From Clostridia bacterium (GTDB lineage: Bacteria > Bacillota > Clostridia > Oscillospirales > CAG-272), in the NCBI GenBank assembly GCA_028720145.1, contig JAQYLJ010000050.1, positions 1 through 61,686 of the forward strand: a stretch of DNA of 61,686 nucleotides. The letters are read 5' to 3'. Numbering within the stretch: position 1 is the first letter of the stretch; every line of letters starts with the position of its first letter. Positions 37,600 to 47,723 of the stretch are shown here, one piece after another. Below the pieces are notes generated by a model. The model had not been told where the DNA came from. It saw only the letters and a list, made by a program, of their open reading frames with translations, and searched no databases. The translations under genes were made by a program, and so were the position numbers.

Positions 37600-39861
37600 A
37601 TGGGGAAAAACCGAAAAAGACAAGACACCGTCGGTGTCACCGGCAAGCGCGTTCGGATTCTTTCCTGCGCTTTTTTTCTCGTTCTCGCCTATCTTGCATG
37701 GGCGATTCTGGATATGCAGGTTTTTTCCTATGAAAAATACCAAGAGAAAGTCTTAAACCAAGTCACCACGACTTCGAGTCTGCGCGCCGAGCGTGGGAAG
37801 ATTTACGATTCACGGGGGAATCTGCTCGCGACAAGTAAAACCGAATGGCGGATTTTTCTGTCCCCCGTCGATATTCGCGACTGCTCCAAAAAGGAAAACA
37901 GAAACTATGCCGAAGAGATAGCGAAAGACCTCTCGGAGCTCCTTTCCCTTTCCTATGATGATCTGTACCGAAAAGCCGCCAACAGCAAGGTGCTCGATGA
38001 GACGGTTCTGCGTCGCGCGGATGAAGAGACCTACCGAAAGGTTCTCGGGCTGATCGAGAAAAAGGGGTACAGTGATATGGTACATACCGAAACCTATTAC
38101 ACCCGCTCTTACCCCGAGAACAGTCTCTTCTGTCATGTCCTCGGATTTACAGGAAGCGACAGTCAAGGACTTTTCGGATTAGAATACCAATATGACGATA
38201 TTCTATCGGGCACCGACGGCTATTATCTGTACGCGAAAGCGGCGAACGGCAACGAACTGCCGAATCAGTATATCAGCTATGTCCCGCCGACCGACGGCTA
38301 CTCCATCGAGACAACTCTCGACAGCTATCTTCAACAACAACTGGAATACCAACTCAACGAGACAAAATCGACTTATGACGCGCAAAACCGCGTCTGCGGG
38401 GTTGTGATGAATGTCAATACGGGAGCAATTTTTGCCATGGCGACAACAGACGGCTTCGATTGCAATTCCCCGTATACACTCTCGGAACTCTACCTCGAAA
38501 AACTAAAGGCATCGGGTCTTACCGAGGGGAGTCCCGAGTATAAAAAACTCAAAACCGAACTTCTCTATACCATGTGGTCCAACAAGGCGGTCACCGAACT
38601 CTACGAACCCGGTTCCACCTTTAAGATTTTCACCGCGTGTGTGGGAATCGAAACGGGTGCGACCACCATGCAGGACAGATACAGTTGCTCGGGTGCCGTC
38701 GCCATCGGAGGGTACCGCATCTCCTGTCACAAGCGAGGCGGACACGGCTCGGGATTCACCTTTGCCTACGGACTGCAAAATTCCTGTAACCCGACGATGA
38801 TGGCGGTCGCGGCAAAAATCGGTGCGGAGCGTTTTTACGAATATGTCTGCAAATTCGGTTACCTCGAAAAGACGGGGATCGATCTGCCGAGTGAAGCAAA
38901 ATCCATCTTTCATACACTTGCGGGGTTGGGCACGACCGAACTCGCGACCGCGTCTTTCGGTCAGCGGTTCAAAATCAGTATTATCCAACAGATTACCGCT
39001 GTCGCGTGTGCCGCAAATGGGGGAAAACTCGTCACCCCCTATTTGGTCGAGCGAGTCGTCGATGCAGCGGGAAACACCGTTTCAAAGCATGAGGTCTCCA
39101 TTCGCAGGCAGGTGATATCGGAAGATACTTCGAGGCAGGTCGCCGCCTGTCTGGAAGCGGGGGTATCCGGCGACGGAGGCGCAAAAAACGCCTATGTAGC
39201 AGGATATCAGGTCGCCGCGAAGACTGGTACGAGTCAGAAATTCGACATTTTGGATGAAAACGGAAATTCCTATCTCCGCGTCGGTTCCTGCGTCGCATTT
39301 GCGCCCGCTGATGCCCCGGAAATCGCAGTCATCATTGTGGTCGATGAACCCCAAAACGGGAAATACGGAAGCATGGTCGCAGCACCCTATATCTCGGGCT
39401 TTCTCACACAGGCACTCCCCTATCTCGAACATGAGGCGCACTATCGGGACGAGGATAAAACAGCCACGGTCGGGAACTACGTAGCCGGTGCGGTGAGTGA
39501 TGCCAAGAGTGCCCTGAAAGAGGTGGGACTCGGCGTCAGAGTGATTGGTGACGGAGACACCGTTTTGGCGCAGTCTCCCGCAGCGGGTTCGGTCTTAAAC
39601 TGTGCACTCGGGAGCGTCATTTTGTATACCACGGACAGCGGCGAAGAGTATGTCTCTGTCCCGAATGTCAAAAACATGGATGCCCAAAGCGCGAACGCCG
39701 CTTTGATTGCAGCAGGGCTCAATGTGGCGTATGACGGAATCAAGGGCTACTATATCGGAGCGGAAAGCGTCGTGACGGGACAATCGGCGGAGCCGGGGAT
39801 CAAAGTCAAAAAAGGGACGGTCATTCACATCAAATTCCTCTATACGGACGACGAGGACTGA
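37600..39861 (+). CDS. class B penicillin-binding protein with two C-terminal PASTA domains (FtsI/PBP2B/SpoVD type)
   Basis: 753 aa. It has an N-terminal TM helix, SxxK (GSTFKIF), SxN (NSCNP), KTG (AKTGTSQ), and two PASTA-like repeats at the C-terminus. Confidence 0.92.
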   Translation: MGKNRKRQDTVGVTGKRVRILSCAFFLVLAYLAWAILDMQVFSYEKYQEKVLNQVTTTSSLRAERGKIYDSRGNLLATSKTEWRIFLSPVDIRDCSKKENRNYAEEIAKDLSELLSLSYDDLYRKAANSKVLDETVLRRADEETYRKVLGLIEKKGYSDMVHTETYYTRSYPENSLFCHVLGFTGSDSQGLFGLEYQYDDILSGTDGYYLYAKAANGNELPNQYISYVPPTDGYSIETTLDSYLQQQLEYQLNETKSTYDAQNRVCGVVMNVNTGAIFAMATTDGFDCNSPYTLSELYLEKLKASGLTEGSPEYKKLKTELLYTMWSNKAVTELYEPGSTFKIFTACVGIETGATTMQDRYSCSGAVAIGGYRISCHKRGGHGSGFTFAYGLQNSCNPTMMAVAAKIGAERFYEYVCKFGYLEKTGIDLPSEAKSIFHTLAGLGTTELATASFGQRFKISIIQQITAVACAANGGKLVTPYLVERVVDAAGNTVSKHEVSIRRQVISEDTSRQVAACLEAGVSGDGGAKNAYVAGYQVAAKTGTSQKFDILDENGNSYLRVGSCVAFAPADAPEIAVIIVVDEPQNGKYGSMVAAPYISGFLTQALPYLEHEAHYRDEDKTATVGNYVAGAVSDAKSALKEVGLGVRVIGDGDTVLAQSPAAGSVLNCALGSVILYTTDSGEEYVSVPNVKNMDAQSANAALIAAGLNVAYDGIKGYYIGAESVVTGQSAEPGIKVKKGTVIHIKFLYTDDED

Positions 39862-39877
39862 AAGAGACGAGGTGCCC

Positions 39878-41410
39878 ATGAAATTAACCGATTTGCTCGA
39901 AGGAATCCCCTGTGAAACCACGCAACCTATCGACCATCTTGATATTGTAAATATTGCTCATATCTATGCAGATATTACGCCCGGGTCTCTGTTCATCTGC
40001 CTGCGCGGGAGTCGCCACGATTCCCATGCGCTCCTACCGACCCTCGCTGACGCAGGGGTCAAAGCGGCAGTTGTGGAAAAGGGCTGTTATGCTTCCCTGC
40101 CCGAGAATCTCCCTTGCGTCATCGTCGACGATGCCCGTCTCGCGTTCGCGTTACTTTGGAGCGCATTCTGCCACCATCCGCAAAACAGTCTTTCCATGAT
40201 TGGGATCACGGGCACCAACGGAAAGACTTCCACCGCCACCATGCTCTATCAGATTTATCGGGAAAACGGGAGACGGGTCGCTCTCGTCAGCACTGTATGT
40301 TCCTATCTTGACGGAGAAGTCTATCATCCTGCACACGACACCGGGAACCGTCTCGCGACCATGACAACGCCCGATCCCGATCAACTGTATCCTTTTTTGG
40401 CAGAAGCAAAGCGCCGTGGCATCGAGACGGTCATTATGGAAGTCTCTTCGCACGCACTCGCGCTGAAAAAAGTTGCACCCATTCACTTTTCCGAAGCACT
40501 CTTTACCAACCTCAGTTCTGAACACCTGGATTTTCATCCGTCGCTCGAAGCATACGGCGCAGAAAAGGAAAAACTCTTTTCCCTCACTTCACACGCAATC
40601 GTCAATCGGGATGACCCCTTCGGGCAGGCGCTTTCGACGCGTCTCCCCTGTCCTGTCACGACCTGCGGGATACAATCCCCCTGCGACGCGCAGGCGATTC
40701 CGCAAGAAGCGGAAGAAGACGGGATTCTGCCCTACCTCTACAAGATGGGAGACATTCGCTACCTTGTCAAACTGAAACTGCCGGGTGTGTTCTCTATCTA
40801 TAATTCTCTCATGGCGGCAACCACCGCGATTCATCAGGGGATTCCGCCTTGCAGTGTATTCCGTGCGCTCGAAAAGATTACTCGCATCCCCGGGCGCATG
40901 GAAGCGATTCACTCCGACTTTGACGATATTCAGGTGTACATTGACTACGCGCACACCGAGACCGCTCTGAAACAACTGCTCACGGCAGCAAGAGAACTTA
41001 TCAAACCCGAGAACCACCTGATTCTTGTCTTCGGATGCGGCGGCAACCGCGACGCGTTCAAACGGGCGCCCATGGGGAGAGTCGCGATGGATTATGCCGA
41101 TTATGCGGTCATAACCAACGACAATCCACGAGACGAAGAGCCGACCGCAATCATCAAAGAAATCTTAAAAGGACATACCGATCTTACGCGCAGAAAAGTC
41201 ATTCTGGACCGCAGGAGGGCGATTACCTACGCGATTGAGACCGCGCTTTCGGGAGACCTCATACTGCTCGCCGGCAAAGGACACGAAACCTACGAACTCG
41301 TCAAAGGAGAGCTCCATCCGTTTGACGAGCGCACCATCGCCATCGAAGCACTCGCGAGAAGACGGCTGGCGCGAGAGAAACGCTCGGAGGAAATCCCGCA
41401 TGAGGATTAA
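39878..41410 (+). CDS. murE: UDP-N-acetylmuramoyl-L-alanyl-D-glutamate--2,6-diaminopimelate ligase
   Basis: The ATG at 39878 follows GAGG. The protein contains GITGTNGKTSTATM, DYAHTETAL and the DNPR motif (NDNPRDEEP). Confidence 0.92.
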   Translation: MKLTDLLEGIPCETTQPIDHLDIVNIAHIYADITPGSLFICLRGSRHDSHALLPTLADAGVKAAVVEKGCYASLPENLPCVIVDDARLAFALLWSAFCHHPQNSLSMIGITGTNGKTSTATMLYQIYRENGRRVALVSTVCSYLDGEVYHPAHDTGNRLATMTTPDPDQLYPFLAEAKRRGIETVIMEVSSHALALKKVAPIHFSEALFTNLSSEHLDFHPSLEAYGAEKEKLFSLTSHAIVNRDDPFGQALSTRLPCPVTTCGIQSPCDAQAIPQEAEEDGILPYLYKMGDIRYLVKLKLPGVFSIYNSLMAATTAIHQGIPPCSVFRALEKITRIPGRMEAIHSDFDDIQVYIDYAHTETALKQLLTAARELIKPENHLILVFGCGGNRDAFKRAPMGRVAMDYADYAVITNDNPRDEEPTAIIKEILKGHTDLTRRKVILDRRRAITYAIETALSGDLILLAGKGHETYELVKGELHPFDERTIAIEALARRRLAREKRSEEIPHED

Positions 41411-42806
41411 ACTGGGGCGTCCGCTCCTGATACGGCAGATTTCCGAATACCTCGGATGCCGTATGCGAAACGGCGGAGAAAACGCCTGCCTCTTCGCCGT
41501 CAGTCATCTCACGACCGATTCGAGAGAAGTCCTCCCGGGAGATCTCTTCGTCGCGCTCAAAACCGAAAAAGACGACGGACACCGCTATCTCGGAGAGGCA
41601 ATCCGAAACGGAGCGTCCGCTATCATCGCCGCGTCAGACGCGGCGCATGAAGTGCCGCAAGATACCTGTTTCTTTTCGGTCGCGGATACTTGGGACGCGC
41701 TCGCGCAATTTGCCGCTCGCTTTTCGGGGGATATTCCGCACAAAACCATTGCAGTCACCGGCAGCGTCGGAAAAACGACGACGAGACACCTCCTCGCCTC
41801 GGTGCTCGGAGAGAAATTCAAGATTCACGAGAGCAGCGGCAACTACAACAATCTGCTCGGCACCTGCCTGACGCTGTTATCCATGCCCGGGGATACCGAC
41901 CTGCTGATTGCGGAATGCGGAATGGATGCCCCGGGACAGATCTCGCGGATGTCGCGTATTTTGAAGCCGGATGATTCGATCATTACCGGTATAGGGATTT
42001 CTCACCTGGAAAAACTAAAAACAGTCGAGGCGATTTGCCGCGCGAAACTCGAAATCCTTGACGGGATGCGAGGGGGTTCGCTCTTCTGCCCGGCGGCAGA
42101 ACCCCTGCTGCTCCGTTTGTCTCCCATCCCTGTCCACACCTATTCCGCGATGGACACCGGTGCGGAATACCATGCGGAAAATGTCAGGGAAACGCCGGAC
42201 GGATTTTCGTTCGACCTCCGAACACGCGATCGGACTATCGCGGGTCTCTCTGCCCCTCTCATCAGCCAAAGACTGCTCGCGGGAGCCGTCCTCGCGGCAT
42301 CGATCGGGTATCTGCTCGGAGAAACCGAAGAGGAAGTGCGGCGCGGGCTCAGGCGGTACCGTCCCCTCCCACTCAGACAGAATATCCAACGGTTTGGAGA
42401 GTTCTTCGTCCTTTTGGATTGCTATAACGCCTGTCCCGATTCGATGAAAGCGGCGGGCGAAGCGGCGCTCCATCTCGTGAGGATGACCGGCGGCAAAATC
42501 ATATTACTGCTCGGAGATATGTCGGAACTCGGAGACAATTCGGATTACCTACACCGTGAAGTCGGCGCGTATTTCGGTTCGATCGCCCGTGATCTTTTCT
42601 GCATCGGTCGGAATGCGCATCTCTATGCATCAGGTGTCACGGGTGACTGTCGTGTTCATACCTATTTGCCCGATACCGACCCCGAGCAAGTGGTGAATGA
42701 CCTGTTCCCCGTCATAGGGCGGAACGATGTACTTTTGATAAAGGGTTCTCGTTCTGCGGCAATGGAGACCTACATTCCCTGCCTGAAAGAAAAACTCGGA
42801 TACTAG
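41400..42806 (+). CDS. murF: UDP-N-acetylmuramoyl-tripeptide--D-alanyl-D-alanine ligase
   Basis: The ATG at 41400 follows GGAGGAAA and the gene overlaps the murE 3' end. The protein contains TGSVGKTTTRHLL and GNYNNLLGTCLTLL. The listed ORF from 41235 is read-through inside murE. Confidence 0.9.
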   Translation: MRIKLGRPLLIRQISEYLGCRMRNGGENACLFAVSHLTTDSREVLPGDLFVALKTEKDDGHRYLGEAIRNGASAIIAASDAAHEVPQDTCFFSVADTWDALAQFAARFSGDIPHKTIAVTGSVGKTTTRHLLASVLGEKFKIHESSGNYNNLLGTCLTLLSMPGDTDLLIAECGMDAPGQISRMSRILKPDDSIITGIGISHLEKLKTVEAICRAKLEILDGMRGGSLFCPAAEPLLLRLSPIPVHTYSAMDTGAEYHAENVRETPDGFSFDLRTRDRTIAGLSAPLISQRLLAGAVLAASIGYLLGETEEEVRRGLRRYRPLPLRQNIQRFGEFFVLLDCYNACPDSMKAAGEAALHLVRMTGGKIILLLGDMSELGDNSDYLHREVGAYFGSIARDLFCIGRNAHLYASGVTGDCRVHTYLPDTDPEQVVNDLFPVIGRNDVLLIKGSRSAAMETYIPCLKEKLGY

Positions 42807-42817
42807 AAAGGAGCGTC

Positions 42818-43816
42818 ATGGATACCTTACTCATCGGTCTCGAAGTGTTCCCGATTTGCCTGATTCTCACCATGGCGACAACACAAATTATTCTGCCGCG
42901 TCTACGCCGCGCACACGCAGGACAATACATTTTAGAGATCGGTCCCGCATGGCATAAGACGAAAGAAGGGACTCCGACCATGGGCGGTATCGCGCCCCTT
43001 TGCGGAACAATCGTCACCGGTGTGATTTTCGCCCTGTATCTGTCTCTGCGAATCAAGGCGGATATGACCCCATGGCTTCTCACCCTGCTGTTCGCGCTCG
43101 GGAATGCTTGCGTCGGTATGGTAGACGATCTGACGAAAATTCGTCATGCCAAAAATCAAGGTCTGACCCCGTGGCAAAAACTGATTTTGCAATCCGCGCT
43201 TGCGGTCGCTTTTCTTTTGCTTTTACGGATTCGCGGAGTAGTGACGACCCGACTGCCCATTCCTTTCTTCGGAATCACCTTGGATTTCGGATGGTTCTGG
43301 TACCCCTTCTTTTTCCTCGTTTTGATTTGGTTTGTCAACTGCGCGAATCTGACAGACGGAATCGACGGGCTCGCCGCGTCTGTCACTGGTGTCATCGGCA
43401 TTTTTTACCTCCTCATGGCAAGAAAAACCGACAATATGAGTTTGACCCTCACGGCGGCGACCCTCGCAGGGGGGGCATTTGGGTTCTTCGCATTTAATCG
43501 ACACCCCGCAAAAATCTTCATGGGGGACACCGGCTCGCTCTTTTTCGGCGGGCTGATTTCGGGATGCGCGATGATTTCCGGCTCGCCGCTCCTTCTCTTC
43601 CTCACCGCTTTTGTCTTCTTCATCGAAGGGGTCTCGGTCGTTTTGCAAGTGGTATGGTTCAAGTTGACCCATGGAAAGAGACTCTTCAAAATGGCACCTC
43701 TCCACCATCATTTCGAGAAATGCGGCATGGGAGAATGGACGATTACGCTCCTCTTCACGCTTTTGACCGCCCTCATGTCCTTTCTCGCGTATTGGGGGAT
43801 AGCCAATGGAATCTGA
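42818..43816 (+). CDS. mraY: phospho-N-acetylmuramoyl-pentapeptide transferase
   Basis: 332 aa, polytopic, with TPTMGG, NLTDGIDGLA and MGDTGSLFFGG. Confidence 0.95.
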   Translation: MDTLLIGLEVFPICLILTMATTQIILPRLRRAHAGQYILEIGPAWHKTKEGTPTMGGIAPLCGTIVTGVIFALYLSLRIKADMTPWLLTLLFALGNACVGMVDDLTKIRHAKNQGLTPWQKLILQSALAVAFLLLLRIRGVVTTRLPIPFFGITLDFGWFWYPFFFLVLIWFVNCANLTDGIDGLAASVTGVIGIFYLLMARKTDNMSLTLTAATLAGGAFGFFAFNRHPAKIFMGDTGSLFFGGLISGCAMISGSPLLLFLTAFVFFIEGVSVVLQVVWFKLTHGKRLFKMAPLHHHFEKCGMGEWTITLLFTLLTALMSFLAYWGIANGI

Positions 43817-45008
43817 GACAAAAAAGAAACGCGGTTTCTTCGCGTCCCTTCTCTTTGATCCGGGTGTGACCCGCAGGGAGTTCCTACACAAAAAAGACTG
43901 TCCGCATATCGACTTCTTTCTTTTGACCATTATTTTGGCTTTGGTGGCTGCCGGTTCCCTCATGGTCTTCTCCGCAAGTTTCGCCTACGCGGAATACCGC
44001 TACGGGGACAGTTATTACTTCATCGGCAGACAAATCATTTGGGTCATCATCAGTTGCGCGGTCATGCTCTTTACCACTTGTCTGACCCCTACTTTCTTCC
44101 GACACCTCGCCTTTCCACTATATCTCATTGTACTCGCGCTTTTGGTCGCCGTGCTTGTGATAGGTCAGATCGGGAACGGCGCACAGAGATGGATTTCCAT
44201 CGGACCCGTCACGGTGCAGCCCTCGGAAATCGCCAAAACAGCACTTGTTCTGATTCTTGCCCGCTATTATTCGGTCTTCGAGGAAAAAGCGCTCGAAATA
44301 CGCTCAAGGTCCCGTATGCTGCTTTGGGGGACTTTGATTCCCTTTGCGTTCATCGGGTGCGTTTGCGTACTCGTCATGCTGCAAAAGCACTTGTCGGGCA
44401 TCATCATTCTCGGGTGCATCGGTATCAGCGTGATGTTTGTCTCCGGAATTTCTCTGCGTTATTTGGGATACTTCTGCGGTGCCGCGGGGGTGGGGGTCAC
44501 CTGCATCGCGCTCTTTACGGATTACACGAAAAAGCGGATTACCACATGGCTGAATCCCGAACTCTACCCGCTCGAAGGCGGATGGCAGACCCTGCAAGGT
44601 CTGATGGCTATCGGTTCCGGCGGATTTTTCGGTCTCGGTTTCGGAAACAGTCGGCTCAAGTATTCGTATGTCTCCGAACCTGCAAACGATATGATCTTTA
44701 CGATCATTTGTGAAGAGACGGGGTTTCTCGGTGCATTCTTTGTCATATCCCTGTTTGCGGTCTTTATTTGGCGCGGAATCAAAATCGGCATGCATCAAAG
44801 CGATGCGTTCTGCCGTCTCACGGCAATCGGAATTACCGTCAAGGTCGCGATACAAGTCATTCTCAATATCGCGGTCGTCACCAATACCATCCCCAACACA
44901 GGCATTTCACTCCCGTTTTTCAGTTACGGCGGCTCGTCCATGATCATGCTTTTGTTTGAAATGGGGATTCTCTTGTCCATCTCCCGTACATCTACCATAA
45001 GGAAATAG
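43806..45008 (+). CDS. ftsW: SEDS-family peptidoglycan glycosyltransferase FtsW/SpoVE
   Basis: 400 aa, polytopic, with QPSEIAK and PFFSYGGSSM. It overlaps the mraY stop by 11 nt. Confidence 0.92.
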   Translation: MESETKKKRGFFASLLFDPGVTRREFLHKKDCPHIDFFLLTIILALVAAGSLMVFSASFAYAEYRYGDSYYFIGRQIIWVIISCAVMLFTTCLTPTFFRHLAFPLYLIVLALLVAVLVIGQIGNGAQRWISIGPVTVQPSEIAKTALVLILARYYSVFEEKALEIRSRSRMLLWGTLIPFAFIGCVCVLVMLQKHLSGIIILGCIGISVMFVSGISLRYLGYFCGAAGVGVTCIALFTDYTKKRITTWLNPELYPLEGGWQTLQGLMAIGSGGFFGLGFGNSRLKYSYVSEPANDMIFTIICEETGFLGAFFVISLFAVFIWRGIKIGMHQSDAFCRLTAIGITVKVAIQVILNIAVVTNTIPNTGISLPFFSYGGSSMIMLLFEMGILLSISRTSTIRK

Positions 45009-45010
45009 CC

Positions 45011-46126
45011 ATGCGTATCTTTTTTGCCGCCGGCGGGACAGCCGGACATATCAATCCCGCCATCGCCATGGCGCAGTTAATCGAAAATGAGTTTTCGGGT
45101 GCAGAGTTTCTCTTTGCGGTCACGCCCGGTGGTATGGAGAGTCGATTGATCCCCGCCACGGGATATCCGACGGTGACACTCGACGTGATGGGTCTCCAAA
45201 GACGGTTGACGCGAAAGAACTTTCGCGCTCTACGCCTGTTGGTTCAATCGTACGGACGGACACGGGAAATTTTTGAAAGCTGGCATCCCGATCTCGTCAT
45301 CGGTACAGGAGGATATCTGACCTATCCCGCCGTCCGCACCGCACAGAAAATGAAAATCCCGAATCTCTTGCATGAGTCGAATGCCGTGCCCGGACTCACC
45401 GTCAAACTTCTCGCGAAACGGGCGAGTGTCGTGCTCGGCGGATTCCCCACAGTCGGGGAGCATCTATCGCGGAAATGTCATTTTCGGTATACCGGCACAC
45501 CTCTCCGACGCGAGTTTGGTGAAATCAGCCGCGCCGCCTCCCGCAGAAAACTCGGAATCTCGGACGGGTGTTTCCTCGTCACCTCTGTCGGCGGCAGTCT
45601 GGGTGCAGAACGATTGAATCAAGCAATTCTAAATGTAATTCAAAATTTATATCATGGCAGAAGTCACATCTGTTGGATTTTAAGTACAGGAAAACGCTTT
45701 TATAGTGATGTAAAAAAGCAAGCGGAAGAAATGGGTCTCATGGATGAGCGGGTCAAAATCCTACCGTATATTGACGACATGGCAGGTGTCCTCGCCGCAT
45801 CGGATCTCGTCATTTCACGTGCGGGCGCCTCAACCGTGACAGAACTCTCATCACTGGGTGTCGCCTCAATTCTGGTTCCTTATCCCGCGGCAACAGGCGA
45901 CCATCAGACCAAAAACGCTGCCGCACTTGCCGCACTCGGCGGCTGTATTCTGCTCCCCGAAGAAAACCTAGGCGATAATAGATTGTTATCGGAAATCTCT
46001 TCGCTCATCGAACATCCGCAAAAGCTGAAAGAGATCCGCCAAAATGCAAAGGCATTGCAACCGAAAAAGCGAGATCAGTTGATATTAGGCGAGATAAAAC
46101 AGTGCATCTCCGATTTGTTGCCTTGA
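45011..46126 (+). CDS. murG: undecaprenyldiphospho-muramoylpentapeptide beta-N-acetylglucosaminyltransferase
   Basis: 371 aa, MRIFFAAGGTAGHINPAIAMA, with the GT28 C-terminal motif (ISRAGASTVTEL). Confidence 0.94.
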   Translation: MRIFFAAGGTAGHINPAIAMAQLIENEFSGAEFLFAVTPGGMESRLIPATGYPTVTLDVMGLQRRLTRKNFRALRLLVQSYGRTREIFESWHPDLVIGTGGYLTYPAVRTAQKMKIPNLLHESNAVPGLTVKLLAKRASVVLGGFPTVGEHLSRKCHFRYTGTPLRREFGEISRAASRRKLGISDGCFLVTSVGGSLGAERLNQAILNVIQNLYHGRSHICWILSTGKRFYSDVKKQAEEMGLMDERVKILPYIDDMAGVLAASDLVISRAGASTVTELSSLGVASILVPYPAATGDHQTKNAAALAALGGCILLPEENLGDNRLLSEISSLIEHPQKLKEIRQNAKALQPKKRDQLILGEIKQCISDLLP

Positions 46127-46185
46127 TTTATATATCGAATTTTTGATTATTTGGTAAACTATTTGTTAATTCGTTTTTCCACGCC

Positions 46186-46214
46186 TTGTGTAATTTCCTG
46201 CTTTATGGTAAAGT
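46186..46214 (+). promoter_or_regulatory. possible ftsZ-proximal promoter
   Basis: TTGTGT, a 17-nt spacer, then TGgTAAAGT, ~55 nt upstream of the ftsZ start. Confidence 0.35.
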
Positions 46215-46267
46215 AATTCTATCAAAAAGTCGTCTTTTCGACATATAGATAGAGGAGGAAAACAAGC

Positions 46268-47575
46268 ATGGAAGGTTTCACTTTCGACGAAGCCAACGAA
46301 AGTGGCGTAAATATTAAAGTCATTGGGGTCGGCGGCGGCGGTAACAATGCGGTCAACCGCATGATTGCCAGCAACATCCGCGGCGTTGAATTTATCGCCG
46401 TCAATACAGACAAGCAGGCGCTGATTGTCTCCAACGCATCCCGTAAGATTGTCATCGGTACCAATGTGACGAACGGAAAGGGTGCGGGTGCAGACCCCGA
46501 GCTCGGTCGTCGTTCCGCCGAAGAAAGTGCCGATGAAATCAAGGAAGCGCTTCAAGGCGCAGATATGGTATTCATCACCACCGGTATGGGCGGCGGTACC
46601 GGTACCGGCGCCGCTCCCGTCATCGCCAAGATTGCAAAAGACATGGGCATTTTGACCGTCGGGATTGTTACGAAACCCTTTTCTTTCGAAGGCAGACGCA
46701 GAATGCTTCAAGCCGAAAAAGGCATCAGCGAACTCACGGGTTGCGTAGACTCGCTGATTGTGATTCCCAACGAGCGGCTCAAACAGGTCTCCGAGACCAG
46801 CATTACCCTGCTCAATGCTTTTGAAGTGGCAGATGAGGTTCTGCTCCGCGGCGTACAATCGGTATCCAGTCTGATTAACTGCGCGGGTTACATTAACCTC
46901 GACTTTGCGGATGTCACCGCAATTATGAAGGATGCGGGTTACGCGCACATGGGTATCGGCACGGGAAAAGGCGAGAACAAAGCGGAACAGGCCGCCGTCG
47001 CCGCGACTTCCTCTCCTCTGCTCGAAACCTCGATTGAAGGCGCGATGGGCGTCCTCGTCAATATCACCGTCTCGCCCGATACCGCTCTCGAAGATGTGGA
47101 GCGCGCTTCCTACCTGATCACCGAGGGCGCACACCCGGATGCAAATATCATCTGGGGTGCCAGTTTTGATACCGATCTCGAAGACGAGATGCGCGTGACC
47201 ATTATTGCCACCGGTTTCTCGTCGCAGACGCAGGTCAAAGCGGAAGAAAAAGCCGATCTCTTCTCGGCACCCGCTTTCTCGGCACCGACTGTCGAGACTG
47301 TCCCCGCCCCTGCTCCGCAGGCGACCCCGATGACTCCTACCGAGACCCGGTATGCTCCTCCCGCTCCGCAGCCCGAAACGGCACAGCAGGCTTATGCCGC
47401 TCCCACGGCCGCGTATACCGCTCCCACGGCACCTGCATATACGCCCGCGCCCGTTCCTCCCGCAGCACCGACCGCATCGCCTGTTTCGACGCCCGTGACT
47501 CCCGCTCCGGCTGATGCGCTCCGCGATGAAGAGTTCGAGCAACTGGTTACTCTTTTGAAGAAAAACCGCAATTAA
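46268..47575 (+). CDS. ftsZ: cell division protein FtsZ, with a long P/A/T-rich linker
   Basis: 435 aa. AGAGGAGGAA RBS. The protein contains [17 protein letters not shown] and the tubulin signature [13 protein letters not shown]. About 100 aa of low-complexity linker precede the C-terminal peptide. Confidence 0.97.
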   Translation: MEGFTFDEANESGVNIKVIGVGGGGNNAVNRMIASNIRGVEFIAVNTDKQALIVSNASRKIVIGTNVTNGKGAGADPELGRRSAEESADEIKEALQGADMVFITTGMGGGTGTGAAPVIAKIAKDMGILTVGIVTKPFSFEGRRRMLQAEKGISELTGCVDSLIVIPNERLKQVSETSITLLNAFEVADEVLLRGVQSVSSLINCAGYINLDFADVTAIMKDAGYAHMGIGTGKGENKAEQAAVAATSSPLLETSIEGAMGVLVNITVSPDTALEDVERASYLITEGAHPDANIIWGASFDTDLEDEMRVTIIATGFSSQTQVKAEEKADLFSAPAFSAPTVETVPAPAPQATPMTPTETRYAPPAPQPETAQQAYAAPTAAYTAPTAPAYTPAPVPPAAPTASPVSTPVTPAPADALRDEEFEQLVTLLKKNRN

Positions 47576-47588
47576 ATCACATAGCGCT

Positions 47589-47648
47589 AACGGCACGCGT
47601 CAAAGGAAAAGAAAAGTCTTTTCTCCACTTTGATTCGTGCCGTTTTTT
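47589..47648 (+). terminator. intrinsic terminator after ftsZ
   Basis: AACGGCACG...(an inner hairpin GGAAAAGAAAAG/CTTTTCTCC)...CGTGCCGTT followed by TTTTTCTTT. Confidence 0.6.
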
Positions 47649-47723
47649 CTTTGGAAACAGTAGATTTTTTTCTCAATTTATGATACAATTTAATTAAATA
47701 TGGAACAGCCGGAGGAATAGCAA

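Noticed and set aside
46166-47596. A 476-aa ORF on the minus strand covering the whole of ftsZ.
   Set aside because: It is Arg/Gly-rich low-complexity antisense read-through of a GC-rich gene. It has no RBS and no recognisable domain, whereas ftsZ on the + strand is unambiguous.
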